Positions 22,160-29,965 of a stretch of 64,000 nt of DNA are shown here, one piece after another (positions within the stretch are counted from its first letter, which is position 1; the number at the start of each line of letters is the position of its first letter). The notes below the pieces were generated by a model, which saw only the letters and a list, made by a program, of their open reading frames with translations, did not search any database and was not told the DNA's origin. Made by a program: the position numbers and the translations under genes. Location of the stretch: positions 762-64,761 of the forward strand of contig CAIQVX010000098.1 of the NCBI GenBank assembly GCA_903875275.1. Reading direction: 5' to 3'. The stretch is from an uncultured beta proteobacterium. Its GTDB lineage: Bacteria > Pseudomonadota > Gammaproteobacteria > Burkholderiales > Burkholderiaceae_C.

Positions 22160-22939
22160 ATGACTTTTGAAACCATCACCATTCGCACCGAAGCCGGCAA
22201 AGTAGGCATCATCACCCTGAACCGCCCGAAGCAGCTCAACGCCCTGAATGACCAGCTCATGACTGAACTGGGCATCGCGCTCAAGGCTTTCGATGCCGAC
22301 CCAGCCATAGGCTGCATGATCGTCACCGGCAGCGAGAAGGCCTTTGCCGCCGGTGCCGATATTGGTGCCATGGGCAGTTACAGCTTTGCCGACGTGTACG
22401 CGGGGGACTTCATCACCCGCAATTGGGAGGCGATCCGCAGCGTGCGCAAACCGGTGATTGCCGCCGTCAGCGGCTATTGCCTGGGCGGCGGCTGCGAGCT
22501 TGCCATGATGTGCGACTTCATCATTGCTGCTGACAATGCCCGCTTCGGGCAGCCCGAAATCAAGCTCGGCATCATTCCCGGTGCGGGCGGCACCCAGCGG
22601 CTGCCGCGCGCCGTGGGCAAGTCCAAGGCCATGGAGATGGCGCTGACCGGTCGCATGATGGACGCAGCTGAAGCCGACCGCGCAGGCTTGGTGAGCCGTG
22701 TCGTTGCCCTGGACAAGCTGATGGACGAGGCACTGGCTACCGCACTGCTCATCAGCGAGTTTTCGCAAATTGCCACCATGGCTGTCAAGGAATCCGTGAA
22801 CCGCGCCTTCGAGAGCGGCCTGAGCGATGGCGTCATGTTTGAACGGCGCCTGTTTCACTCGATGTTTGCCACTGCCGACCAGAAGGAAGGCATGGACGCC
22901 TTCGTCAACAAACGCAAGCCCAACTTCAAACACCAGTAG
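22160..22939 (+). CDS. Enoyl-CoA hydratase
   Basis: [40 protein letters not shown]; start ATG 22160. Confidence 0.93.
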   Translation: MTFETITIRTEAGKVGIITLNRPKQLNALNDQLMTELGIALKAFDADPAIGCMIVTGSEKAFAAGADIGAMGSYSFADVYAGDFITRNWEAIRSVRKPVIAAVSGYCLGGGCELAMMCDFIIAADNARFGQPEIKLGIIPGAGGTQRLPRAVGKSKAMEMALTGRMMDAAEADRAGLVSRVVALDKLMDEALATALLISEFSQIATMAVKESVNRAFESGLSDGVMFERRLFHSMFATADQKEGMDAFVNKRKPNFKHQ

Positions 22940-22954
22940 GACTCTGGTTATAAT
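22925..22954 (+). promoter_or_regulatory. Sigma-70 promoter of the tRNA gene
   Basis: TTCAAA (22925), 18 nt spacer, TATAAT (22949-22954), followed by a GC-rich discriminator. Confidence 0.55.
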
Positions 22955-22964
22955 CCGCAGCCTC

Positions 22965-23041
22965 GGCGCTTTAGCTCAGTCGGTTAGAGCGATGGAATCA
23001 TAATCCACAGGTCCGCGGTTCGAATCCGTGAAGCGCCACCA
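22965..23041 (+). tRNA. tRNA-Met (CAT), probably elongator
   Basis: 77 nt cloverleaf: acceptor GGCGCTT/AAGCGCC, D arm TAGCTCAGTCGGTTAGAGC, anticodon loop ATCATAA, T loop TTCGAAT, encoded CCA. Confidence 0.93.
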
Positions 23042-23050
23042 AAACTCTTG

Positions 23051-23085
23051 AAACCCGCATCAGCATTGGCTTTTGCGGGTTTTTT
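23051..23085 (+). terminator. Rho-independent terminator after tRNA (element-supplied)
   Basis: AAACCCGCA...TGCGGGTTT stem followed by a T run. Confidence 0.7.
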
Positions 23086-23098
23086 GCTTTCAAGGCTG

Positions 23099-23119
23099 GT
23101 GGTCCAAGAAGTGGTCCAA
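23099..23119 (+). repeat. Tandem GTGGTCCAA repeats (putative integrase arm-type sites); third copy at 27555-27563
   Basis: GTGGTCCAA at 23099-23107, 23111-23119 and 27555-27563, i.e. near both element ends. Confidence 0.65.
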
Positions 23120-23127
23120 CTTTGTCC

Positions 23128-24489
23128 ATGAAAACGCCACTTTCGCACCTGCATCGCAACCGCTTTGGGACCTTCTATTTCCGCATCACCATCGACGGCA
23201 AGACCGTCAAGCGTTCGCTCAAAACCAAGCTGCCCGAGCTTGCTACCATGAGGGTCGCCGCACTCAACTGGCAATGGAGCACCATGAAACAACCCAATGA
23301 GCCCAACGTCGCCGATATCGTCAAAGCCTTGAAGGCGAAAAAGGCGCCAAAGTTTGATGCCACTTTTTCGGATGGCTCCACATTCACCGGCATCAATACC
23401 GATGACGACTTGCGACGCGCCAAAGATTTGATGCTGGCCCGCATAGACGCCATAGGGCCCATTGAGCCGCAATACAGACCGCAGCAACCCCAACAGGTGG
23501 CGCAGACAGCGGCGGCCCACTTCAAGCCCGGCAAACGATTCTCCAAGGTTACCCCGGCCTACATTGAAGAAAAGAAAGTGGACGATCAGAACCGGACCAA
23601 GACCATTGATGACAAGGAATCGACCTACCGCTTTTTTATAGAAAACTTCGGCGATCTGCCCATCGGGCAAATTGACAAGGCCAAGGCCACCGACTTCAAG
23701 AAGACATTGATCGCCACGAAGATTTCCACGGTGCGGATCAACACCAAGATCGGCCACATGAGCGATTTCTTTGCATGGGCCATCGGCAACGGTGAAGCGG
23801 ATATCAATCCGTTTGCCGGCACACGTATCTCGAAGAAATCCAAGATCGCCGAGACCACCGAGCACTATGAGCCGTTCACATCGGAAGACCTCGATTGCAT
23901 TTTCAACGCCGGGAACTATGCGACTTACACCTTGGCGAACAAGCCGCATTTTCACTGGCTACCGTTCTTGTTGCTCTACACCGGCGCCCGGCCTGAGGAG
24001 CTAGCCAGCGTCAAGCTCTCGCAGATTCGCAAGGAGCACGGTATCGACTTCATCGCTCTCAAATCCGGCAAGAACTCCAACAGCATCCGCAAGATTCCGT
24101 TTCACAGGGCCGTGATCAACTCCACGTTTCTTGACTACGTGAACACTCGACGCAAGGCGGACCCGGGCGGGCTGTTGTTCCCACAGCTCAAACCCAGCAA
24201 GAATGGCTATGCCAAAAATGTCTCTCGTCGTTTCAATGAAAACTACCTTGCGTCGCTGGACTTCAACGACCCCACCAAACGGCTTTACAGTTTTCGCGCC
24301 ACCTTCATCACGCGCATGAGCGAGTTGAATGTGAACACCGCCATGCTGATGGCGCTTGTGGGCCACTTCGAGCAAGACAAGTTAGACCTCAGCTCGCCGC
24401 ATTTCAAAAACTATCAGGGCATCAAGAAAATTGCAGCCCTGAAAGACATCATTGATCATTTTGATGTCGTATTGCCAATGAAGTTTTAG
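23128..24489 (+). CDS. Tyrosine recombinase / integrase
   Basis: N-terminal FYFRI...KRSLKT arm-binding-like domain; YTGARPEEL (Arg), YSFR, VGH, KNY catalytic positions; next to tRNA. Confidence 0.92.
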   Translation: MKTPLSHLHRNRFGTFYFRITIDGKTVKRSLKTKLPELATMRVAALNWQWSTMKQPNEPNVADIVKALKAKKAPKFDATFSDGSTFTGINTDDDLRRAKDLMLARIDAIGPIEPQYRPQQPQQVAQTAAAHFKPGKRFSKVTPAYIEEKKVDDQNRTKTIDDKESTYRFFIENFGDLPIGQIDKAKATDFKKTLIATKISTVRINTKIGHMSDFFAWAIGNGEADINPFAGTRISKKSKIAETTEHYEPFTSEDLDCIFNAGNYATYTLANKPHFHWLPFLLLYTGARPEELASVKLSQIRKEHGIDFIALKSGKNSNSIRKIPFHRAVINSTFLDYVNTRRKADPGGLLFPQLKPSKNGYAKNVSRRFNENYLASLDFNDPTKRLYSFRATFITRMSELNVNTAMLMALVGHFEQDKLDLSSPHFKNYQGIKKIAALKDIIDHFDVVLPMKF

Positions 24490-24968
24490 ACAACGCTCTG
24501 GGAAGTCCTCTCCGTGGTTTCCTTGGTCAGCTTGGCTTGATGCTTGCGCATGTTCGTTACTTTGCCTCTCCACCCAATATCGGGGCTGAGGTGGACTGCA
24601 TGAAACTCGCCGGGGTCAATGACACCGGCCTCGCGCAGCGTCTTCATGGCCCTCGATACATTTTGCTTTTTCATGCCCAGCACATCGCCGATTTCCTTCT
24701 GTGAAACCCGGATGACGTTCTCGTAGTCCATGCGGGCGATCAGCAGCAGCAACACGTTCAACGCTTCGCTTTTCAAATTGGATTTGGCCAGATACTCAAA
24801 GCCATCTTGCATTCCCATGAAGAACCCCTTTATCCGCACTCTCTGTGGCACGTAGATCAGACTCCCCTCATCTATAACCTCTCCGGTTTCTTTGTCAATA
24901 ATGCCCACCCGCGCGTTTGCGATTGGCTTCTTCGAGTTCGTTTTTTCCGTCTGCTGCTCCGCTTCCAT
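24486..24968 (-). CDS. RepL-like replication/maintenance protein with winged HTH
   Basis: IDKETGEVI N-terminal motif, MDYENVI, SQKEIGDVLGMKKQNVSRAMKTLREAGVI HTH, SPDIGWRG; GGAGGA RBS before ATG 24968. Confidence 0.7.
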   Translation of the reverse strand: MEAEQQTEKTNSKKPIANARVGIIDKETGEVIDEGSLIYVPQRVRIKGFFMGMQDGFEYLAKSNLKSEALNVLLLLIARMDYENVIRVSQKEIGDVLGMKKQNVSRAMKTLREAGVIDPGEFHAVHLSPDIGWRGKVTNMRKHQAKLTKETTERTSQSVV

Positions 24969-25213
24969 AAGTCCTCCGTTTGCTTGGACATCCACATGGA
25001 TGACATAGACATCTCAAACGATGACCATGAAGTCAATCTCTCCAATGAGAAAAGCTCTTCCCTTATGTGTATTGAGAGAACGATGCAACTGGCATCGTTC
25101 AAATCCCAACCCGAATCAGTCTTTAAGACCAATGGCCGCTGTCGCCGCCATCGCGCCGCTTGACGCAAGCGACTGTGCTTGTCATCGTGAAGCGATGGCA
25201 AACGGGAGACGTG

Positions 25214-25543
25214 ATGAACCAACCAACGCAACTCAGCCCCATGGTGGGCGCCATCGACCTGATGCGGGTCAACATCGAGGCGTTGCCGCTTGATGCCCTT
25301 CAATCCCACGCCGCGCAAGTGCTGGACACCATCGGGGCATTGAATAGCTACATCAACAGCCCCGGCCCCAAAAGCTCCAACGCCTTGCGCAACGCGATGT
25401 GGCTCGTCCGCAAGCTGGTGCTGCACATGGCCCGCGTGCGGGACCTGATCAATGCCCACACGGCAGCGGTTGCGGTGATTGCGTCGGCGCAATCGTCCGG
25501 CGCCGCGAATCTGGCGCAGGGTCTGCGACCCTTCGGACTCTGA
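25214..25543 (+). CDS. Hypothetical helical protein of the element
   Basis: GGGAGA RBS, 109 aa ORF with amphipathic helical pattern; no family recognised. Confidence 0.5.
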   Translation: MNQPTQLSPMVGAIDLMRVNIEALPLDALQSHAAQVLDTIGALNSYINSPGPKSSNALRNAMWLVRKLVLHMARVRDLINAHTAAVAVIASAQSSGAANLAQGLRPFGL

Positions 25544-25559
25544 AACTTTGTGCACCTAT

Positions 25560-25579
25560 GCGCGCACGCGCGTGCGCGC
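25560..25579. repeat. Perfect 20 bp palindrome GCGCGCACGCGCGTGCGCGC
   Basis: Self reverse-complementary; strictly alternating purine/pyrimidine from 25557 to 25580. Confidence 0.9.
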
Positions 25580-25762
25580 GAGACCGCAGTATAGCCGGGG
25601 CTCAACAGTATCGCCCTCGATTCTGTGGCCCGGCGCACCAGCGTGCCACCAATGCCGAGACGAACCCCCGAGCCGCAGGCCGGGGGATGGTCTTGGCATG
25701 GCACGCTCTGACTTGCTCCCCGCCCTCTCTTGCAGGGCGGGGCCGGGGGTGGGTCGAACAAA

Positions 25763-25788
25763 ACCGAGCTTGCTCGGTGTAGTGAGTA
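25763..25788 (+). other. Putative MOB_V origin of transfer (oriT)
   Basis: Inverted repeat ACCGAGC-TT-GCTCGGT followed by TAGTGAGTA, the layout of pBBR1/pMV158-type oriT, about 60 bp upstream of the relaxase. Confidence 0.75.
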
Positions 25789-25846
25789 GACCGACCATCT
25801 GATGGGCGGGCGTGCAATCTGTAGGGGGGCGCGATATGCATGAAGC

Positions 25847-26824
25847 ATGAGCACCTCGCACCCTGCTGCCGCCCCCTACGCCGTGTTGCGTGTGAATCGC
25901 CGAAAAGCGAAAGCGATGGCGGCGATTGCTGCCTCTTCCGCACATACCATGCGGGAGAAGCACACACCGAACGCGGACCCCGATGGAGCGGCACCGATGG
26001 TGGTTTACCTGGCGGATGGCAAGACACCATATCAAGCCGCGAAGCATCTGCTCGATAGTGCAGAGCGGCGCAATCGTGAGACGGTGCTATGTCGCGAGAT
26101 CGTGCTGTCTGCCAGCCCGAGCTATTTTCGGCCCGGGCGTGAGAGCATGGGCGGCGTGTTTGAGTTGGACAAGGTGAAAGCGTGGGCGACTGCATCGCTG
26201 GCATGGGCGAAGCGGCAATGGCCTGATCAACTGGCCTCTGTGGTTCTTCACCTTGATGAACAGACCCCGCATTTGCATTTGCTGATCGTCCCGCGTGTGA
26301 AGTCGGCCACAGGTGCATGGAAGCTCAACAGCAAAGCCCTGTTCGACCGTGAGCGGTTGCGAGAGCTGCAAACCGGATATGGGGATGCGTTGACACCGCT
26401 CGGCATCCGGCGTGGTGAGCCGGGCAGTCAAGCGGCTCATTCTGAGGTGCGCCAATTCTATGGCGCGGTCAATGCGGCCAAAACCTTACCTGAGCGGGCC
26501 AGACTGCCACCGGCACCCAAACCCCCAGCGCCGCCCAGCGGAATGGCTGCGGAGGCCGCTGATGCCCTTGGCTCCGCGTTCGGTATTGAGACCTCGCACC
26601 AGCTGGTCTTGAAGGCTCACGCGGAGGCGATGCGACGATGGCGGGAGACTTGCAAGGAATTGCGGCAGCAGGATTCGGTGGCATGGGAACAAATGAAAGC
26701 TCGCAGTGCTTTGGCACCGCTGGCGCGTCGCCGTCGACCAGAACCTAACCAAGCTCACACGCCAGACAAGCGGCCTCTCCACGCACTCTTACAAGGCCAC
26801 CCGCGCCGTCGCCAACTATTGTGA
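25847..26824 (+). CDS. mobV: MobV (Mob/Pre) family relaxase
   Basis: HTMRE...PNADP motif I, EIVLSASPSYF motif II, HLDEQTPHLH 3-His motif, GIRRG...SQAAH...QFY. Confidence 0.92.
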   Translation: MSTSHPAAAPYAVLRVNRRKAKAMAAIAASSAHTMREKHTPNADPDGAAPMVVYLADGKTPYQAAKHLLDSAERRNRETVLCREIVLSASPSYFRPGRESMGGVFELDKVKAWATASLAWAKRQWPDQLASVVLHLDEQTPHLHLLIVPRVKSATGAWKLNSKALFDRERLRELQTGYGDALTPLGIRRGEPGSQAAHSEVRQFYGAVNAAKTLPERARLPPAPKPPAPPSGMAAEAADALGSAFGIETSHQLVLKAHAEAMRRWRETCKELRQQDSVAWEQMKARSALAPLARRRRPEPNQAHTPDKRPLHALLQGHPRRRQLL

Positions 26825-26946
26825 AGTAGTTGACCCCTGTCGGGCCCCTGTGGGGTCGGCAATGGGAAGCTGAGGTGGTATGCTAGACGGAAGAGGAGCG
26901 AGTTTACGACTTCGGCTTGAGACCAATCTGTATGCGAATATTGACC

Positions 26947-27459
26947 ATGAAATGTGCAGGCTGCGCTGCACCACTTCAGATAAGGCCAGACACAACACAG
27001 TTTGTCTGCGCGTATTGCGGTGCCGGGCAAATTGTGGATCGCAGTGGGGGCATCGTGACGCTCAATTTGGTTGCGGAAGCGATTGAAAAAGTCCAGCAAG
27101 GAACAGACCGCACCGCTGCTGAGCTAGCTCTGATCAGACTCACGAAGAAATTGGCTAAAGTCGAAATGGAAATCGGCTATTGCCCCATGCCACCGAACCT
27201 GCCGCGTCCACCCCCTGAAAGAAAAGGAGTGTCGAAGGCATTCCATGATGCGTGGATTGGACGGTCAACCGCCGCTTTGGGCAAGGGCATGATTGCCGAC
27301 ATGAATGAATGGGAAGCCAGAAATCTCTGGAGGGATTACAATGATGCCTTGACTCGCTGGAACAACGACGAGTCGCGGCGAAAGCAACTCATGGCTGAAA
27401 AGTCTGTGATCGAGACTGAGCTATTGTTCAATGAGGCTATCGTTAAGCGCAGGCAGTAG
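26947..27459 (+). CDS. Hypothetical Zn-ribbon / coiled-coil cargo protein
   Basis: MKCAGC...CAYCG double CxxC, then coiled-coil-like helices; start taken at ATG 26947. Confidence 0.6.
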   Translation: MKCAGCAAPLQIRPDTTQFVCAYCGAGQIVDRSGGIVTLNLVAEAIEKVQQGTDRTAAELALIRLTKKLAKVEMEIGYCPMPPNLPRPPPERKGVSKAFHDAWIGRSTAALGKGMIADMNEWEARNLWRDYNDALTRWNNDESRRKQLMAEKSVIETELLFNEAIVKRRQ

Positions 27460-27566
27460 CGACTTGGTTCCGAATTTTTCGACCTCGCGCTGCGGGCGCT
27501 TCGCAGTGATCCAGCATCTGGCACAATGATTAGTCCATTCACTCCATTGACCATGTGGTCCAACCA

Positions 27567-27630
27567 AGCCGGGGAACGATTGATTTGATTGGTGTTTTTT
27601 TGGGGGCATTACCACCGTGAAGCGCCACCA
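27567..27630 (+). repeat. attR region of element 1 (copy 1 of a 63-64 bp direct repeat)
   Basis: AGCCGGGGAACGATTGATTTGATTGGTG(T7)GGGGGCATTACCACCGTGAAGCGCCACCA. Confidence 0.92.
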
Positions 27631-27651
27631 CTCACAAGCCTTATGTCTATT

Positions 27652-27690
27652 GGCCTCATTGCTACATAAAAAATAGCATGAGGCCTTTTT
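27652..27690 (+). terminator. Rho-independent terminator after first attR
   Basis: GGCCTCATTGCTA-loop-TAGCATGAGGCC followed by TTTTT. Confidence 0.7.
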
Positions 27691-27961
27691 CTTTGTGTTG
27701 CTTTTTTACGATGTAACGGCGGATTTAAGACGATTTTTCGAATCCACCGCTTCGAATCACATCAGCATCCTGGCTTGCCTTGTTGCATTCAAGAACAATT
27801 TTTGCCGACTCACTCAGACACAGGGGGGGGAGGGGTTGTTCGCTGGTGGTGATCTTGATGTACCTGCGCCCGCTCACAAAAAGCAGATTTGGGACACTCA
27901 GCGTCCCTCAGCACCAGGGACAGGCCAATGACCTGTTTTCCGTTCAGCGTGAGAGCTTCGC

Positions 27962-28294
27962 TCATACCTTCACCACGCCATGTTTTACAGCCGCTCTCAG
28001 CAGTGCATTGATGCGGGTTTGCCAGCCCGGACCCGTGGCCTTGAATGCGTCCAGAACTTCGGCGTCAACCCGCATATTCAGCGTCGGGCGCTTCACGGCA
28101 ACAGCCGGACGGCCCCGGCCACGCTTGATGCTTGACCCACTCCAGTATGCAGCCACAGCAGCGGCATCGTTCGGGTCATAGGGCTCGCTGGTCGGGTCGA
28201 ACGCGACAGGCGCACCCTGAGCGGCTTCACGCTTGACGCGTTCCCAGTCGGTGCCTGTTGGCTTGCGTTCCGTGGGTTTCTTGCCAGTTTGCAT
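27962..28294 (-). CDS. brnA: BrnA family antitoxin
   Basis: TDWERV, RGRP, LNMRVDAEVLDAFKATGPGWQTRINALLR ribbon-helix-helix; start ATG 28294. Confidence 0.9.
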   Translation of the reverse strand: MQTGKKPTERKPTGTDWERVKREAAQGAPVAFDPTSEPYDPNDAAAVAAYWSGSSIKRGRGRPAVAVKRPTLNMRVDAEVLDAFKATGPGWQTRINALLRAAVKHGVVKV

Positions 28295-28553
28295 AGAGGG
28301 TCCTTTCCTGTTTTGATGCCCGGCGCAATGAAATAGCCCGTACCTCGCCCGGCTCGCGCAGCACGTAGACCAGCACCAGCACGACGCCAGCCACGGCCAC
28401 CAGAGCAATGTCAACCAACCGCGATTCGTCAGCCCTTGGTGACTCCAGTGTCAGCTTCTCTGGTGCGTTGAACACCAGCGGCGCGTCAGCCAGTGAAAGC
28501 CCGTGCTTTGCAATGTTGGCGGCGTCCTTGGCAGGGTCGAATGTGAATCGCAT
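28227..28553 (-). CDS. brnT: BrnT family toxin
   Basis: MRFTFDPAKDAANIAKHGLSL, VRAISLRRASKQER. Confidence 0.9.
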   Translation of the reverse strand: MRFTFDPAKDAANIAKHGLSLADAPLVFNAPEKLTLESPRADESRLVDIALVAVAGVVLVLVYVLREPGEVRAISLRRASKQERTLYANWQETHGTQANRHRLGTRQA

Positions 28554-28588
28554 TGGTGTATTTATTGTATTGGCAGCAAATTACAAGG

Positions 28589-28801
28589 TCAACCGGCCAC
28601 CAGTTGCAGTTTGCCCGGCTCTGCCTTGGCGTCAAAGACAATCCCGGCCTGCTCCAGAATCCACGCCCCTATGCGCTCATGATGCACGCGCAGCAGGTCA
28701 GCGTAAAGGCTTTGCGCCGCTGTTGCGTTGCGCTGCTCGATGTAGTCGATGATTTCCACCAAGTCGGTGGTTGCCTCGTCAGACCAGCGAACTGTTTGCA
28801 C
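28589..28801 (-). pseudogene. Truncated RelE/ParE toxin fused in frame to an unrelated C-terminal fragment
   Basis: GTG 28801: VQTVRWSDEATTDLVEIIDYIEQRNATAAQSLY is a ParE-type N-terminus; the remainder (DLLRVHHERIGAWILEQAGI...) is not ParE-like. Confidence 0.7.
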
Positions 28802-28979
28802 GGGCTTTGCGGCGTTCTTCGAGCATGGACTGAACCTTGGCCATGGCGGCATCGTGCGGCAGGCCTGGCTTTTCGCTCTGCAAGGCTTCCTCAACCTTGG
28901 CGCGAAACCATTGGTCGTAGCTGGCTTCCTGTTCTTCGGTCTCGAACTCGGAAACGATGGGGGACAGCACGGCACTCAT
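28779..28979 (-). CDS. Type II antitoxin (PaaA2/StbD-like) of the ParE module
   Basis: LSPIVSEFETEEQEASYDQWFRAKVEEAL...PHDAAMA; overlaps the ParE start. Confidence 0.8.
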   Translation of the reverse strand: MSAVLSPIVSEFETEEQEASYDQWFRAKVEEALQSEKPGLPHDAAMAKVQSMLEERRKARANSSLV

Positions 28980-29037
28980 GAGGTGAAGATTGGCACAAAG
29001 TTGGCAGGCTTACATCATCCAATTTGCTCGCCAATGC

Positions 29038-29100
29038 AGCCGGGGAACGATTGATTTGATTGGTGTTTTTTTGGGGCATTACCTCCGTGAAGCGCCACCA
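29038..29100 (+). repeat. attR region of element 2 (copy 2 of the 63-64 bp direct repeat)
   Basis: Differs from 27567-27630 by one G indel and one A/T substitution; ends with 17 bp identical to the tRNA 3' end. Confidence 0.92.
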
Positions 29101-29123
29101 GCCAGAACCCGCATGGGGAATAG

Positions 29124-29158
29124 AAAGCCTGCCACTTAATTGATAGCGGGCTTTTTTT
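29124..29158 (+). terminator. Probable original tRNA terminator
   Basis: AAAGCCTGC...GCGGGCTTTTTTT hairpin after the outermost att copy. Confidence 0.6.
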
Positions 29159-29185
29159 GTTTGTTGTACCCTTTGGCCACCCCCC

Positions 29186-29965
29186 ATGTCACTCAGAGCC
29201 AACTCACTTGCCGCACTGAAGATTCCGGATCCGGATGGCAAGTGCGCTGCCACCATGGCCCTTGCGTGCGAGATCGCGACGGTCAACCCGACAGAAGTGT
29301 TCCCGCAGCCGGATCACCTGCCGTGCAGGCCCGACCGGCCGACTCTGGTTCCGGTTCTGAAAGTCCAGAAGCGGTCGACCCACACCGTGGAGGGCCGAGC
29401 CGCATTGCTTCATTCGCTGGCGCACATTGAGTTCAACGCCATCGATCTGGCGCTGGACATCATCTGGCGCTTCCCTGACATGCCCCAACAGTTCTATCTG
29501 GACTGGGCGCTGGTGGCTCAGGATGAGGCCAGGCACTTCAAGCTGTTGAACAATCATCTGTCCACCCTCGGCCACCAGTACGGTGATTTTCCGGCGCACA
29601 CCGGTCTGTGGGACATGGCACAGAGAACGCAGGGCGACCTGTTGGCGCGTCTGGCGCTTGTTCCACGAACGCTGGAAGCCCGTGGACTCGATGCGTCGCC
29701 CCCGGTACGCGACAAGTTGCTTTCGGCTGGCGACCAACCTGGCGCACAGATCCTGTCCATCATCCTGCAGGATGAGATTGGCCATGTGGCCACGGGAAAT
29801 CGCTGGTACAAATGGCTTTGCCGCCAGCGCGGCCTGGAACCGATGGCCACCTACAAAAGGCTGGCAGACCAGTACTCAGCACCCAGGCCGCGCGGCCCGT
29901 TCAACCTTGAAGCCAGACGCGCTGCGGGATTTGATGAGGACGAACTGGCCGCACTTGGCGCCTAG
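29186..29965 (+). CDS. Ferritin-like domain protein (DUF455)
   Basis: LHSLAHIEFNAIDLALD, DEARHF, LEARGLD, DEIGHV di-iron-type motifs. Confidence 0.88.
   Translation: MSLRANSLAALKIPDPDGKCAATMALACEIATVNPTEVFPQPDHLPCRPDRPTLVPVLKVQKRSTHTVEGRAALLHSLAHIEFNAIDLALDIIWRFPDMPQQFYLDWALVAQDEARHFKLLNNHLSTLGHQYGDFPAHTGLWDMAQRTQGDLLARLALVPRTLEARGLDASPPVRDKLLSAGDQPGAQILSIILQDEIGHVATGNRWYKWLCRQRGLEPMATYKRLADQYSAPRPRGPFNLEARRAAGFDEDELAALGA

Larger units (their letters stand above)
23026..27630. mobile_element. Small integrative mobilizable element inserted in tRNA-Met
   Basis: Flanked by the 16 bp direct repeat CCGTGAAGCGCCACCA (23026-23041 and 27615-27630); contains integrase, RepL-like gene, oriT, MobV. 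Confidence 0.9.
27615..29100. mobile_element. Second, degraded tRNA-Met island carrying toxin-antitoxin genes
   Basis: Bounded by tRNA 3'-end copies at 27615-27630 and 29084-29100; no intact integrase. Confidence 0.8.

Noticed and set aside
22984-23955. 323 aa minus-strand ORF ending in GGASRIRTADLWIMIPSL
   Set aside because: Antisense to the integrase, and its tail is the translated reverse complement of the tRNA
27567-29100. Direct repeats as a CRISPR array
   Set aside because: Only two copies about 1.4 kb apart, ending in the tRNA 3' end; no cas genes; explained as att sites
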